Translations under genes and position numbers: made by a program
Part shown: positions 47,501-55,856 of the stretch, piece by piece
How positions within the stretch are numbered: the first letter of the stretch is position 1
Layout: each line of letters starts with the position of its first letter
The notes under the pieces: generated by a model
The model's database searches: none
What the model was told of the DNA's origin: nothing
Seen by the model: the letters and a program-made list of their open reading frames with translations, nothing else
IMG/VR virus record: IMGVR_UViG_3300030103_002748
Coordinates: 1-61,896 of that record
Source: a virus
Lineage: Duplodnaviria > Caudoviricetes
DNA length: 61,896 nt
Direction: 5' to 3' (one strand)

Positions 47501-48580
47501 GTATTCTTTATTGTCTTCACCACGCAGGAACCGAATGATTTTTTCTGGGTCCTCTCCAGCTTTTTCTAAAATCTCTGCCATTCGACGCCCGACGTTCATC
47601 ATGCGCCTATCCAGAGAAATGTTTTCCATCAAACTTTGAACGCCAGGAACTTTGTTGTAGATAAACCGTCCTGTTCGAGACACGGGGTCCAACATTACAG
47701 CGGCTGTTTCGGCCAGTAAATCCGCAGCTACGTTAGCACCACCCCGCTCTCCGGGCTGAAACTGTTCCATCCCGTAACCAGCGGCTGCCGCTGTAAATAC
47801 ATCTTTACCTTCACTTAAAACAAAGCCAAGAGGGTTGCTTCTTGCGGACTCAAGCCCCTGTTCTATGACATTTTCGCCTCTTCTTAAAAGGTTAGAGGTT
47901 GGTGTAGCAAAGGGCATTCGCCTTAGATTGTTTCCAATAAAGTCCGCGCCGAGGGTAATCGAACCTTTAGTGGCCAGCCAGGGCACTTGAAAGCCAGGGA
48001 CAGAGCCACCAAATATTTGACCGGAAACCGCTAGTCCAGATTTGTTGGCATAGGGTAGCTCTAACTCAGGGGCCATCATGCGGCGGTACGCATCACCGGT
48101 CAGATAACTCAGTAATCCAGCCCCTATGGCGGGAGCAAGGCCGTATGGTCCTGCCGACGTGAATGCGGCTATTGCAGGAGCCGTGGCCGTTGCTTCGATG
48201 GCAGCTTGCTCCATGAACTGTTGAAAGGGCCCTACGTTACGAACGTTGGCAAACCTTTCTAATATTTGCTGATCAGCAAGGCCGTCTCTTTTCATAGCAT
48301 CGTAAAAACCACTGGGAAGTCTCTGGTAATTACCTTCGGCGTCCTGGTATTTATACAGGTCCTGAACAACCGTTTTGGTAAGGAACGGTAAATCCATCCC
48401 CATTCCTACCGCCTTGTCCACATCTATGTTGATTTTGTTGAAATCTTGAATGGGACTAAGATTAGTCGGGACATCCCTCGTTTCAGGAATAGTCAAAGAC
48501 TGCGCCTGCTGACTAATTAAAACGTCATCAGTGGGTCTTTCTTCTTCTTCAACTATTGTAAGAGGTGGTTGATCAGCCAT
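44567..48580 (-). CDS. Large internal virion/DNA ejection protein (putative)
   Basis: 1337 aa, helical, Gly/Ala hydrophobic segments, position typical of podovirus ejection genes. Confidence 0.65.
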   Translation of the reverse strand: MADQPPLTIVEEEERPTDDVLISQQAQSLTIPETRDVPTNLSPIQDFNKINIDVDKAVGMGMDLPFLTKTVVQDLYKYQDAEGNYQRLPSGFYDAMKRDGLADQQILERFANVRNVGPFQQFMEQAAIEATATAPAIAAFTSAGPYGLAPAIGAGLLSYLTGDAYRRMMAPELELPYANKSGLAVSGQIFGGSVPGFQVPWLATKGSITLGADFIGNNLRRMPFATPTSNLLRRGENVIEQGLESARSNPLGFVLSEGKDVFTAAAAGYGMEQFQPGERGGANVAADLLAETAAVMLDPVSRTGRFIYNKVPGVQSLMENISLDRRMMNVGRRMAEILEKAGEDPEKIIRFLRGEDNKEYIALMNQAGIPFEDRTAALQTGVPILYYLEGLGAQRQTGRFGSQRGQEFSPDAAIAEQQQNARNVLNQFLADLIEFDTPESLAMYADLRDQNFRAEINNVVEGAYEAFDRARQNALTGGEAFDEKRQLYNIFFGEDGQGGVYGDIRRQSRVLRDLIPKNMSVSQAALVVPSVDDEPIGPEGLIDVYNRIGQELSIRGERPRLSYGSDLVSLDKVLREFNDYVNPPDASDVPELPSRQELFEIDVRNKERQIARKREEAANAPGDRRTRAYREQQAAFADDLRRLEIELNDLKSSRTVERAAEKTVGEPTEGQESVTTGELLNMLDVIGQSKRNAMAKGNQNLLGLLNEIETGVKNSLAFAGREAPASSSLAFRKTSPGGQFQVYFDNYLAFEDEVNNVFSQAFTGQMRRDIAPELAGYALFDNLGDTTLLRLRQMDDAANFLMNYDSASGVNVSADLDGALSAANEFAAASNVLDAAQLTEMQDNLQSGEPLLRATQDRVLKGLLDNPRYFRKVDVQDASGNFVMIPDPDNPGREMPLQRIEAQDGFNRFLNDPAVDNVLTQYFPTLRNDLQDVNSLDRIYRNMQNREGNLNKEIARSDRFVEFFQDRMDNPIEGIHRMLGTPGQDRITGRANPVRDFRNIATAAAESGDAQVKQGLIDVVLNHAYTLSGGFSPLDPQTNLQPFNLKIMLQYLNDPMVPGQRDSILDILSETDVLEEGNRQIGQINAVLRQMDKIDASLAPARGVELDPKNAAQVDKDLGSDIKRKLEEAGVGIFGAGIASKMYGLLARAGIVGGQGSLITSALGASVAREILSRNPQLMTQTLMTQMLKEPKVMADILELSRTYKPGDKLPRPQLQRMYTFLLGGGLVPVGTEFRDFADRYYGRSEEQIQQRREAIRTRGRQTSDSPFATQRPVPPQASAPQVAPPPVAQAPAPTFQTPAPTAQASRVNRQQFAAAFPFDVTSDVIRSQQGIGSLRG

Positions 48581-48584
48581 TTGG

Positions 48585-50837
48585 TTAATTCCCAGTGTTT
48601 ATGCTGATTGGGTAAGGGGCACTTATGCTACCTTGTTGGGCCATGTTTTCTAAAATTCTTCTAAACCGCGCTTCGGGCACTGCTTGAGTGGCACCGGAGC
48701 CCTGAGTCTGAAGAGCGTTAGTGATTGCGTTTAAATTTCTTAATTGTGTTTCCAAGTTTTCTTTAACAAAACTAAACTTTTGTCTTTCCTCTTGACTCAG
48801 GTTTTGACTGAGGAACCCATTAGTTCGGTTCAAATCTTCCTGCATCTGTCCTCTAAGGAAGTCGTACATACCTAAAGCTTGGGGTCGGTTAGTAAAAAGC
48901 GAATTAGTAGCTGGGAAGAGTTGTTTAAGTTCACGTCTCGTTTCGTCGGAAGCTCTACCAGGCCGAGCAGCCAACATAGCCTCAATGCTTATGATTTCAA
49001 AACCCTTTAACGCTGCTTCGGCATTGTTTTCTGCTTGTGTGCCCGCAGCAGCTTCTGCGGCTCCTGGGCCTAAAATTCCAAACAATGCGGGAAGATTAGT
49101 GTTAATGGTCTTGTCAATTTTAGCCCAAGTTCCAAATTGACCAGATATTGGGTAACTCATGATTGCTTGTTCGAATTGAGTCGGCTGTTCCTGATATTCA
49201 GGGAACTGTAGGCTGTTTAACTCTTGCAAACTAAAGATGTCAGTTTTTTCACCGTCTGGTTGAGCTTCCTCTTGTCCATCAAGTGAGGTGGTCTGCGGTT
49301 CTTGGAGATATTCGGGAAGCTGGACAGGTATGCCTCGACGACGTGCCGCCAGAATGGCGTCATTCCACTCATTCGGCAGTCGGTCAAAGTCTTCTGTCAT
49401 TATTTCGTTTCCGGTAGGACCAAATTGTCCAGTCGGTTTCAAAACTTTTTGCGTTTTCTGTTGTATCGCAGCATTCAGACGAGTCAGCTTGTCCCTCGGA
49501 ATCATGGTGACCTGCGTATTCTGTAGTTGATTCAACAACTCGGAATCAGCAAACTGACCCTCTATTTGGGCTGCGTTAAGCTCTATGGCGTCTGGAGCTT
49601 TAAGCGCCTCGGGGATTTCACCCTCTATACCTATCTCTATACCACCATTATCTGTCAAGTCTTGAGCATATGCTGCTTGGTCCGCTGGGTTTGAAAGGTT
49701 GTAGTTTCTGACGTCACCGTTAGGCATTTCAAGACGCTTAAAATTATCGACGTCAAAAGTTGCCGTTCCTGGTTCAATGTCTCCTGTTTTCTTCAAAATC
49801 GCAGTGTTTCTAAATCCCATATTAAGAGAGGCGGCCTTTTCCCTGCCCGCAGGTGTGCTGATGTCGATTAGTTCAGAAACAGGACGTCCTGTTGTAGCGT
49901 CTATAAACTGCCTGAAATCGGGTTCCCGTGGCTCTATAGACTTTTTATACCTCTCTAAAAGCATTTCGTTTTGCAACTCTGCGGCTCTTTCAGCCGCTGC
50001 CGCAGCCGCAGCTTTTCTGGCTTGTTCCTGGTCTAAGGCAAACTGCGCCGCAGGCGCATTTATGTTTTGTCGCATCAACTGATCAACAGCCATATCTGCC
50101 TCAGAGCCAGCACCCAGGGCCTCAAAGACAGTGGGCAGAATTTGCTGCGCTGCGCTTTCGCCTAAACGAGGCTGCCTTGTCAACCCTTGTAGTCCGGCCT
50201 GCATCAACCCTCTAGACGTAGCTCTGCGTCTAAGAGCCTCTGGATCAAGCCCCAGGGTGTCTTGCAGGAAAGCCTGTTGGCTCTCAAAATCTGCCATGCG
50301 TGGATCACCACCATCTTGCATTTTCACAGGAGCTTGACGCATGATCCCTGCGCCCATGTTGCCCTGCATCGGGGCGTTCGCTTGCGGCATCCCCGCCATC
50401 AACTGACCTATGCCGCTGTCGGCAGCTCCTTTTTCGGTCATCATGATTGTAGGCTGCACCATCGTAAGGACGCTGGTCGGTGTGCTTTGAGCGTCATTGG
50501 GTCCAACATACTCAGCCAGCTCCTGATACCGGGCAGCGATAGGCTTCTGATTGCCTCTGAAGGCGTTGATTAACTCTTCTGGACCCTGGGCCGTGGCCAG
50601 ATCGGCCTTGGCCTTGTCGGCTACCATACTGGCTATGCCCTGGCTGTCAGGAGCCTTGGGCCGTGAAGGGGCAGCAGGGATGCGTGGAGCAGGAGCCATT
50701 GGGGCATTAGACGGTCTCATTGGCGGCATAGCGCCAGAGGGGGCTCGTGCCATCGGCATATTCGCCGTCGGAGTGGGAAGGCGGGGGGTAGCGGCCCCAC
50801 CCTGCTGCATAAACATTGGTCTTTTATAAAGGTTCAT
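48585..50837 (-). CDS. Internal virion/ejection protein (putative)
   Basis: 750 aa, RPMF N-terminus, low-complexity Pro/Met/Ala region, helical. Confidence 0.6.
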   Translation of the reverse strand: MNLYKRPMFMQQGGAATPRLPTPTANMPMARAPSGAMPPMRPSNAPMAPAPRIPAAPSRPKAPDSQGIASMVADKAKADLATAQGPEELINAFRGNQKPIAARYQELAEYVGPNDAQSTPTSVLTMVQPTIMMTEKGAADSGIGQLMAGMPQANAPMQGNMGAGIMRQAPVKMQDGGDPRMADFESQQAFLQDTLGLDPEALRRRATSRGLMQAGLQGLTRQPRLGESAAQQILPTVFEALGAGSEADMAVDQLMRQNINAPAAQFALDQEQARKAAAAAAAERAAELQNEMLLERYKKSIEPREPDFRQFIDATTGRPVSELIDISTPAGREKAASLNMGFRNTAILKKTGDIEPGTATFDVDNFKRLEMPNGDVRNYNLSNPADQAAYAQDLTDNGGIEIGIEGEIPEALKAPDAIELNAAQIEGQFADSELLNQLQNTQVTMIPRDKLTRLNAAIQQKTQKVLKPTGQFGPTGNEIMTEDFDRLPNEWNDAILAARRRGIPVQLPEYLQEPQTTSLDGQEEAQPDGEKTDIFSLQELNSLQFPEYQEQPTQFEQAIMSYPISGQFGTWAKIDKTINTNLPALFGILGPGAAEAAAGTQAENNAEAALKGFEIISIEAMLAARPGRASDETRRELKQLFPATNSLFTNRPQALGMYDFLRGQMQEDLNRTNGFLSQNLSQEERQKFSFVKENLETQLRNLNAITNALQTQGSGATQAVPEARFRRILENMAQQGSISAPYPISINTGN

Positions 50838-50845
50838 ATCTGATC

Positions 50846-51994
50846 CTATGCGACTCCCGCTGACAATGCTCCGAGGCCCGCGATTCCCGTGCTGATGGCT
50901 TGCGCGGCAGCACTTTGTGTTGGGTTACTGGTGTAAGTTGCCTTTGAAGCTCTGGCAGGCACTCCAGATAAAATATCCTGTAGGTAGGCATATTGGTCAG
51001 AGGGAAACTCTTGTCGATCTATATTGGTTAACCGCATGGCATCCAAAACATTTTGCTCTACCAGTTGTTCCTGACCACCTAATTGATTAAGAGCAGAAAC
51101 ATCAGAACGTGCCTCTCTGGCCGCAATCGGACCAAGAGCAGCCTCTTGCTGACCAATAGTGCCAATGCCTCGTGCTACATCGCCCAGTATTTGTACGTCC
51201 CTCTGTCCTACGGTTCCCAGGGCTTGGCCTATGTTACCGAGATATGCGCCGCCGGTAAGGGCACGACGCTGCTGTGCTTCTTGTGCCTGCTGTGCAGCAC
51301 TCAGTGCTTCGCTGTAACCCGCTGTGCGTAGTCTAGACAAAGCGTCCAGTTCTTGACGGTTCAGACCCTCGATGGCCTGTTGCCTGGCTATTTCAGCCCT
51401 CGAACCACCAAAAGCACCCTTATCTATGGCGGTTGCCGCTGATATGGCGTCCTGCTCTCGTCTGGCACGATCAAAGTCTCTTTGCACTTGCCCAACAACT
51501 TCATCCTCAAACGGATTGAAAAAAGCCGATATGCCTGAGCTGGGGTCATCTAACGTCCCTGGACGGAATGCGTCCATGCCTCCTTGTATAGCTGTTGCAC
51601 CAGCCTCTCCGTATTGAAAAGGGGTCTCACGGGTTTCACCAGCTAACTGCGCGGCCTGTTCAAGTAGAGCCTGTCCACGTTGAAGACCACCAAGGCCACC
51701 CTGGATATACGGCATAAAGCCACCCAGGTTTTCCTGGGTCAACATCCGCGCCTGTTGTTGCATCGGTGTAAGACCGGCAACTTGGCGAGTGGGAGGGAAA
51801 AGTTGACCGGTTCCGGTCTCAACCATATCAAATATTTCATTCCCAGCTTCGTCTTTCTTGCCTGTGGGAACACGCTGAAAGCCCAGGCGCTGATTGACCA
51901 GATCAAAGGCAGACTCAAACAGACCCCGTTTATACGCCTCGGTATACGGGTCTTCTCTTTCAACGATCTCCTGGGTCATTATGCCGTTAGACAT
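50846..51994 (-). CDS. DNA pilot/ejection protein (putative)
   Basis: Q/A/G-rich, VAG.TP.Q, F.NPF, GAFGGSR, hydrophobic C-terminal GIAGLGAL. Confidence 0.65.
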   Translation of the reverse strand: MSNGIMTQEIVEREDPYTEAYKRGLFESAFDLVNQRLGFQRVPTGKKDEAGNEIFDMVETGTGQLFPPTRQVAGLTPMQQQARMLTQENLGGFMPYIQGGLGGLQRGQALLEQAAQLAGETRETPFQYGEAGATAIQGGMDAFRPGTLDDPSSGISAFFNPFEDEVVGQVQRDFDRARREQDAISAATAIDKGAFGGSRAEIARQQAIEGLNRQELDALSRLRTAGYSEALSAAQQAQEAQQRRALTGGAYLGNIGQALGTVGQRDVQILGDVARGIGTIGQQEAALGPIAAREARSDVSALNQLGGQEQLVEQNVLDAMRLTNIDRQEFPSDQYAYLQDILSGVPARASKATYTSNPTQSAAAQAISTGIAGLGALSAGVA

Positions 51995-52899
51995 TACGCC
52001 ACACTCCTTTCAAAATTGTTCATCATGTCGTACATGCGACGTATCCCAGCCTCTCGGTTACCGTCCCCTGCTCCGCGCACAGCTTTGGCGGTCATCACAA
52101 ACTCACCGTCACTGAGCATAGCAGGGATGTCGTCTGAGGTTTCTGTCCCTGGCCCGGCTATAGCACCCGTTTTACGTGGGAAGCCACCGTCAGCCATAGC
52201 AGCGGGCCGTGCGACTTGAGGTACGCCTGGACGATACGTGCCAGGGTATTTGGCCTGCAAATCTATGTTGCCAATACCGCCATACGGGCCCGGTAGAACA
52301 TTTGACATGTCCGGGTCAAAGAACCCGTCTTTGTATGCTAGAAACGTCGCTAACGCGCCCAAAGGTCCAAATTTACGCAACCTATCCGGGTTACCCGCAG
52401 GGTCTGGGAAGAAAAGCTGTTTGAGAGCAGACATTCTACCGCCATCTCCGGTAACCACGTCGCCCAGAGCCTCCATAATCCCACGATTGTCGATGTCGGT
52501 TACGTTCACATCTTTAACTTCAGTAGGAAACAGAGAGGGAAACAAATCAGCTTTCGCTTCCTCCTCCGATATACCCTTATTCATAGCCAGAAAGTCTACT
52601 TGTTGTTGTTGCTTTTGGGACAGGGGAACGGGTTGTCTTTGAATTGTAGGGGCCGTGCGGCCGCGTGAAACAGTGACATTTTGCCGGGATGGCACAGGGG
52701 TTCCAGGCTGCTGCTGTTGCTGCCTAAAAAAGTCTAAAGGGGAGTCCTTGCCTGAGATCGCAGTGAGTGCAGCGAGGCCCGCCTGCTGCTTGAAGGCATC
52801 GCCGTAGTCTTGCCCGGTCACAAGGGACTGTATACCGGCGTTGACAGCGGTATCTACAGTTTTACCTAACAGCTCTCTAAAAAGTTCTGCGCTCATCAA
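51994..52899 (-). CDS. Internal virion protein with GPGT.TSD.IPA.LSDGEFV domain
   Basis: Motif also familiar from C-termini of tape-measure proteins; preceded by MADGG. Confidence 0.65.
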   Translation of the reverse strand: MMSAELFRELLGKTVDTAVNAGIQSLVTGQDYGDAFKQQAGLAALTAISGKDSPLDFFRQQQQQPGTPVPSRQNVTVSRGRTAPTIQRQPVPLSQKQQQQVDFLAMNKGISEEEAKADLFPSLFPTEVKDVNVTDIDNRGIMEALGDVVTGDGGRMSALKQLFFPDPAGNPDRLRKFGPLGALATFLAYKDGFFDPDMSNVLPGPYGGIGNIDLQAKYPGTYRPGVPQVARPAAMADGGFPRKTGAIAGPGTETSDDIPAMLSDGEFVMTAKAVRGAGDGNREAGIRRMYDMMNNFERSVA

Positions 52900-53126
52900 G
52901 CCTCACCCTTTATCGCTTCTGGAGCAGTGACCGTGATTTCGGTATGTCTGCTCTCTGCGCCAGTCCACGGATTGTCGCACTGGGGACACCGACCTGAAGG
53001 GTAGGAAGCTATTTCCGCAGGAGTATCGACCAAATTGTCACAAGATGCACACTGGATTCTATCAACACTAGTAGCAGGCCGCCAGTTCGAGCCGTCGTTC
53101 ATCGTAATTACTGTTTCATCGCTCAT
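52896..53126 (-). CDS. Small Zn-binding protein
   Basis: CASC...CPQC; ATGA-coupled. Confidence 0.6.
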   Translation of the reverse strand: MSDETVITMNDGSNWRPATSVDRIQCASCDNLVDTPAEIASYPSGRCPQCDNPWTGAESRHTEITVTAPEAIKGEA

Positions 53127-53425
53127 GATATTGTCACCGTAACAGAGCCCACACTACCCGTGGCGGATGATCCACGTAAATTTGGCTCATTTGCTAAACT
53201 TATTTTAAGAAACCCATTTTTCTCGTATACCGCCCCTGTTTCAAGGCCCTGATCGTCCCCAGACTGTAGGTTAGTCAGAGTTAGATTCGTGTGCCGTGCA
53301 TCGCCAGGGTTCTGTAATTGCTGCAAAAACAACAAAAACGCCCTCTGCACCTCTGCTTGATGGCTCTGTTGGTAGGTGTCTGGCGCATTAGGAAAGAATA
53401 ACCTTGTTAAGCTACGCGAAGACAC
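53123..53425 (-). CDS. Small tail-associated protein
   Basis: Follows the tail stabilisation gene; C-terminus GSVGSVTVTIS. Confidence 0.6.
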   Translation of the reverse strand: MSSRSLTRLFFPNAPDTYQQSHQAEVQRAFLLFLQQLQNPGDARHTNLTLTNLQSGDDQGLETGAVYEKNGFLKISLANEPNLRGSSATGSVGSVTVTIS

Positions 53426-55350
53426 TATCTTCTGCCATCCTGTCTAGCATCCACACGAGCGGTGCCCAAACGCCATTGCATATCTATGCTATCGGACTGA
53501 ACTTTCAGAGCGAAAGACCGCCCTCGCAATCGAACGAACGCTTGCTCGGTAAACTGCTCTACTGGTGTCGTGGCACTTTGCGTCACCGCAGAATCTTTGG
53601 TTTGCAGATACTGACCTCCAGGAAAGTTTCTCGCCTGAAGCGTAAAATCTGCGCTGGGACCGTTGGTTACGGACCCATCAAAGGTAATATCCGGTATTAG
53701 CCTGCTGAGAAAAACAAAATTGTTGCCCTCACCAATACTGAGCTGGCTGCTTTCTATAAAGCTCGTCATCGGCGTCGGTGGGTTGGTGCTGCCGTCATTC
53801 AGACCGTTTTCATGATCATACAGGTAACCATCTGTGCTTGCCGCTAATGGAAAGTTGTTTACCCCACGGTCTAGCCACACAGTGCGAGGCAGAGTACCAA
53901 AGTACCAAACCTTTTCCTCATAATTGTAGATAACGTATCGATCTATTTCTGTGGAGCTGGCAGACGGATAAAACCACCAAACCTCTGAGTTGCTGCTGTT
54001 AAGGGCCGCTGTGACCTTTTCCGACTGAGAGCTATTGAAGTCATTAAAAACATAACTTCTTACCGTGCAAGGCAGCTTTTGTACCTGCCCGTTGTACACA
54101 TAAAAGTCCTCGAAACCCATCCAGAAAACGGCATCGTCCACAGCTTTTGCTGCCATCGGTCCCATAATTGTAGTGTTTTCTGATATTTGGGACACACCAA
54201 AGGTAAAAGGTGGGCCCAAGAACTGCAAACTGTGTACAGATACGTCTGTGAACACCAGTACCTGGCTTTTGGTCTCCACCGCAGTGATGATCTCAGACCC
54301 AGAGCTAATACGAAGCTCCCCCGCCGTGTTTGTGGCTTCTGCTTTCCAGGTGGTTAAAGACTCCTGACTGCTAAATCTAATCAACAAGGGGTCCTGGGTG
54401 CCAATGCTAGTCTCTCCGTCGCAACCAAAAACAAGCACGTGACGGTCTCTATCTGAGACTAAGACCTGTTTGGCTATGGTGGGGGTTTCAGCGTCAGCAT
54501 TCGTTAAAGACGCTAGAGCGGTAACACGATCTGTGCCAAGAGCGTCTGCACTGGTATCCCAGAAGAAGATACCACCGTCACGGACGCAGGATAGAAGGTC
54601 TTCACCAAAATTATCTTGCGTCCAAATACGCAGGGTGTTGACCACCGTCAATGCGGAGGCAGTGCCCCAAGTTCCGCCACCCCAGGTTCCTGCACCCCAT
54701 CCTGTGCCGGTAACTACGTTGGTCAAGCCAGTGTTTATTTGATATTTACCAACGACGCTAGAGCCCCCGTTACCTGTGTCTGAGCTGTTAGCGGTCACCG
54801 GAGTGGCGCTTATTTGACCGTCTACAGTGATGCTTTTAATGGTGGTGGAGGCAGCACGAGCGGATATCTTGTAACTGTCAACATTAACAACTTCAGTAAT
54901 TTGGTATTCCTGATTCAGCACGTTTGCCGTGATGTTACCGCCAAGAGAAGCAGCACCACTAAAAGTCACAAAGTCGTTCTGTGCTGCTCCATGATTCGTG
55001 TCCGTGACCGTTATAACTGACGATCCGTTGGTCGCGGAAAAGGTGACGTCACCCGCAGCCGTGGTGGAGCGAATGGGTGTTACATCGTAAAACTCTCCAC
55101 CCTGGTTTATGTAAAGCTTCAGACTTGTGCCAACTCCAGTGAGCTTGGTGCCAGACAACGTAACCCAGGTATGCAGGGACCTAGCTGTGCCCAGAAAACT
55201 GTTGTCCCCGTTCTTTTGCCAACCGCCTATTTTTTCGGGTAAGCCAAAACGAAAACGCACCTTATCAGAGTTAAACCATCCGCCTTCATTGGTATATGAG
55301 GTAGTTTCTCGGTTTACGCCAGGTCTAAATTGTAATTTTGTAAGTGGCAT
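53425..55350 (-). CDS. Tail tubular protein B / packaged-DNA stabilisation (P22 gp10-like nozzle)
   Basis: 641 aa beta-rich; IRFS.QE, V.WMG, EVWWFYP, RYVIYNY....W.G, DGRR C-terminus. Confidence 0.7.
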   Translation of the reverse strand: MPLTKLQFRPGVNRETTSYTNEGGWFNSDKVRFRFGLPEKIGGWQKNGDNSFLGTARSLHTWVTLSGTKLTGVGTSLKLYINQGGEFYDVTPIRSTTAAGDVTFSATNGSSVITVTDTNHGAAQNDFVTFSGAASLGGNITANVLNQEYQITEVVNVDSYKISARAASTTIKSITVDGQISATPVTANSSDTGNGGSSVVGKYQINTGLTNVVTGTGWGAGTWGGGTWGTASALTVVNTLRIWTQDNFGEDLLSCVRDGGIFFWDTSADALGTDRVTALASLTNADAETPTIAKQVLVSDRDRHVLVFGCDGETSIGTQDPLLIRFSSQESLTTWKAEATNTAGELRISSGSEIITAVETKSQVLVFTDVSVHSLQFLGPPFTFGVSQISENTTIMGPMAAKAVDDAVFWMGFEDFYVYNGQVQKLPCTVRSYVFNDFNSSQSEKVTAALNSSNSEVWWFYPSASSTEIDRYVIYNYEEKVWYFGTLPRTVWLDRGVNNFPLAASTDGYLYDHENGLNDGSTNPPTPMTSFIESSQLSIGEGNNFVFLSRLIPDITFDGSVTNGPSADFTLQARNFPGGQYLQTKDSAVTQSATTPVEQFTEQAFVRLRGRSFALKVQSDSIDMQWRLGTARVDARQDGRR

Positions 55351-55352
55351 TT

Positions 55353-55856
55353 TTACTCTTCAGTATTTAAGGGATTGTCTAAAATGCGTTGTATTCTTTC
55401 CTCAAGATCGTCGCGCATTTCACGCAATTCATTATCTATGTCTCTTAAACTGTCGTTGACTCGTTCTTCCAAAGCATACACATCATCTCGAAGTTCTCTC
55501 GTAGCTAAAACGACAGAGTCATCTGTGTCTCTGGCAACACGCTCTACAATGTCTATGTCGGACTGTAGACGATCCATATTGTTCATTAACTCCACAATAT
55601 CTTGATCTATTGCTCTTTTCACCGCCTCTATTAACACATCGGCAGCGTCTAGTTTGGTGTCTAACACAGCAAGCTCTTCATCATATGAGCTGAAATCAGG
55701 CGATACATACGATGTTATCGCCTCTTCCGCCGTAAGAAGTCTTTGATACAGCTCAAAACCACCCCATAACGCAGCACCAATACTACCCAAAAACGGTATA
55801 ACAAGCAGTAACTTGCCACCTGAAACCTTTACGTCTCCAAATTCTACCTCTGCCAC
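55353..55856 (-). CDS. Membrane-anchored coiled-coil protein
   Basis: N-terminal TM (LLLVIPFLGSIGAALWGGF), long acidic heptads, LDNPL end. Confidence 0.75.
   Translation of the reverse strand: MAEVEFGDVKVSGGKLLLVIPFLGSIGAALWGGFELYQRLLTAEEAITSYVSPDFSSYDEELAVLDTKLDAADVLIEAVKRAIDQDIVELMNNMDRLQSDIDIVERVARDTDDSVVLATRELRDDVYALEERVNDSLRDIDNELREMRDDLEERIQRILDNPLNTEE

Noticed and set aside
51994-52899. Tape measure protein / siphovirus tail
   Set aside because: Only the short GPGT..SD..GEFV motif matches; the protein is 301 aa and no tail tube, terminator or chaperone genes are seen
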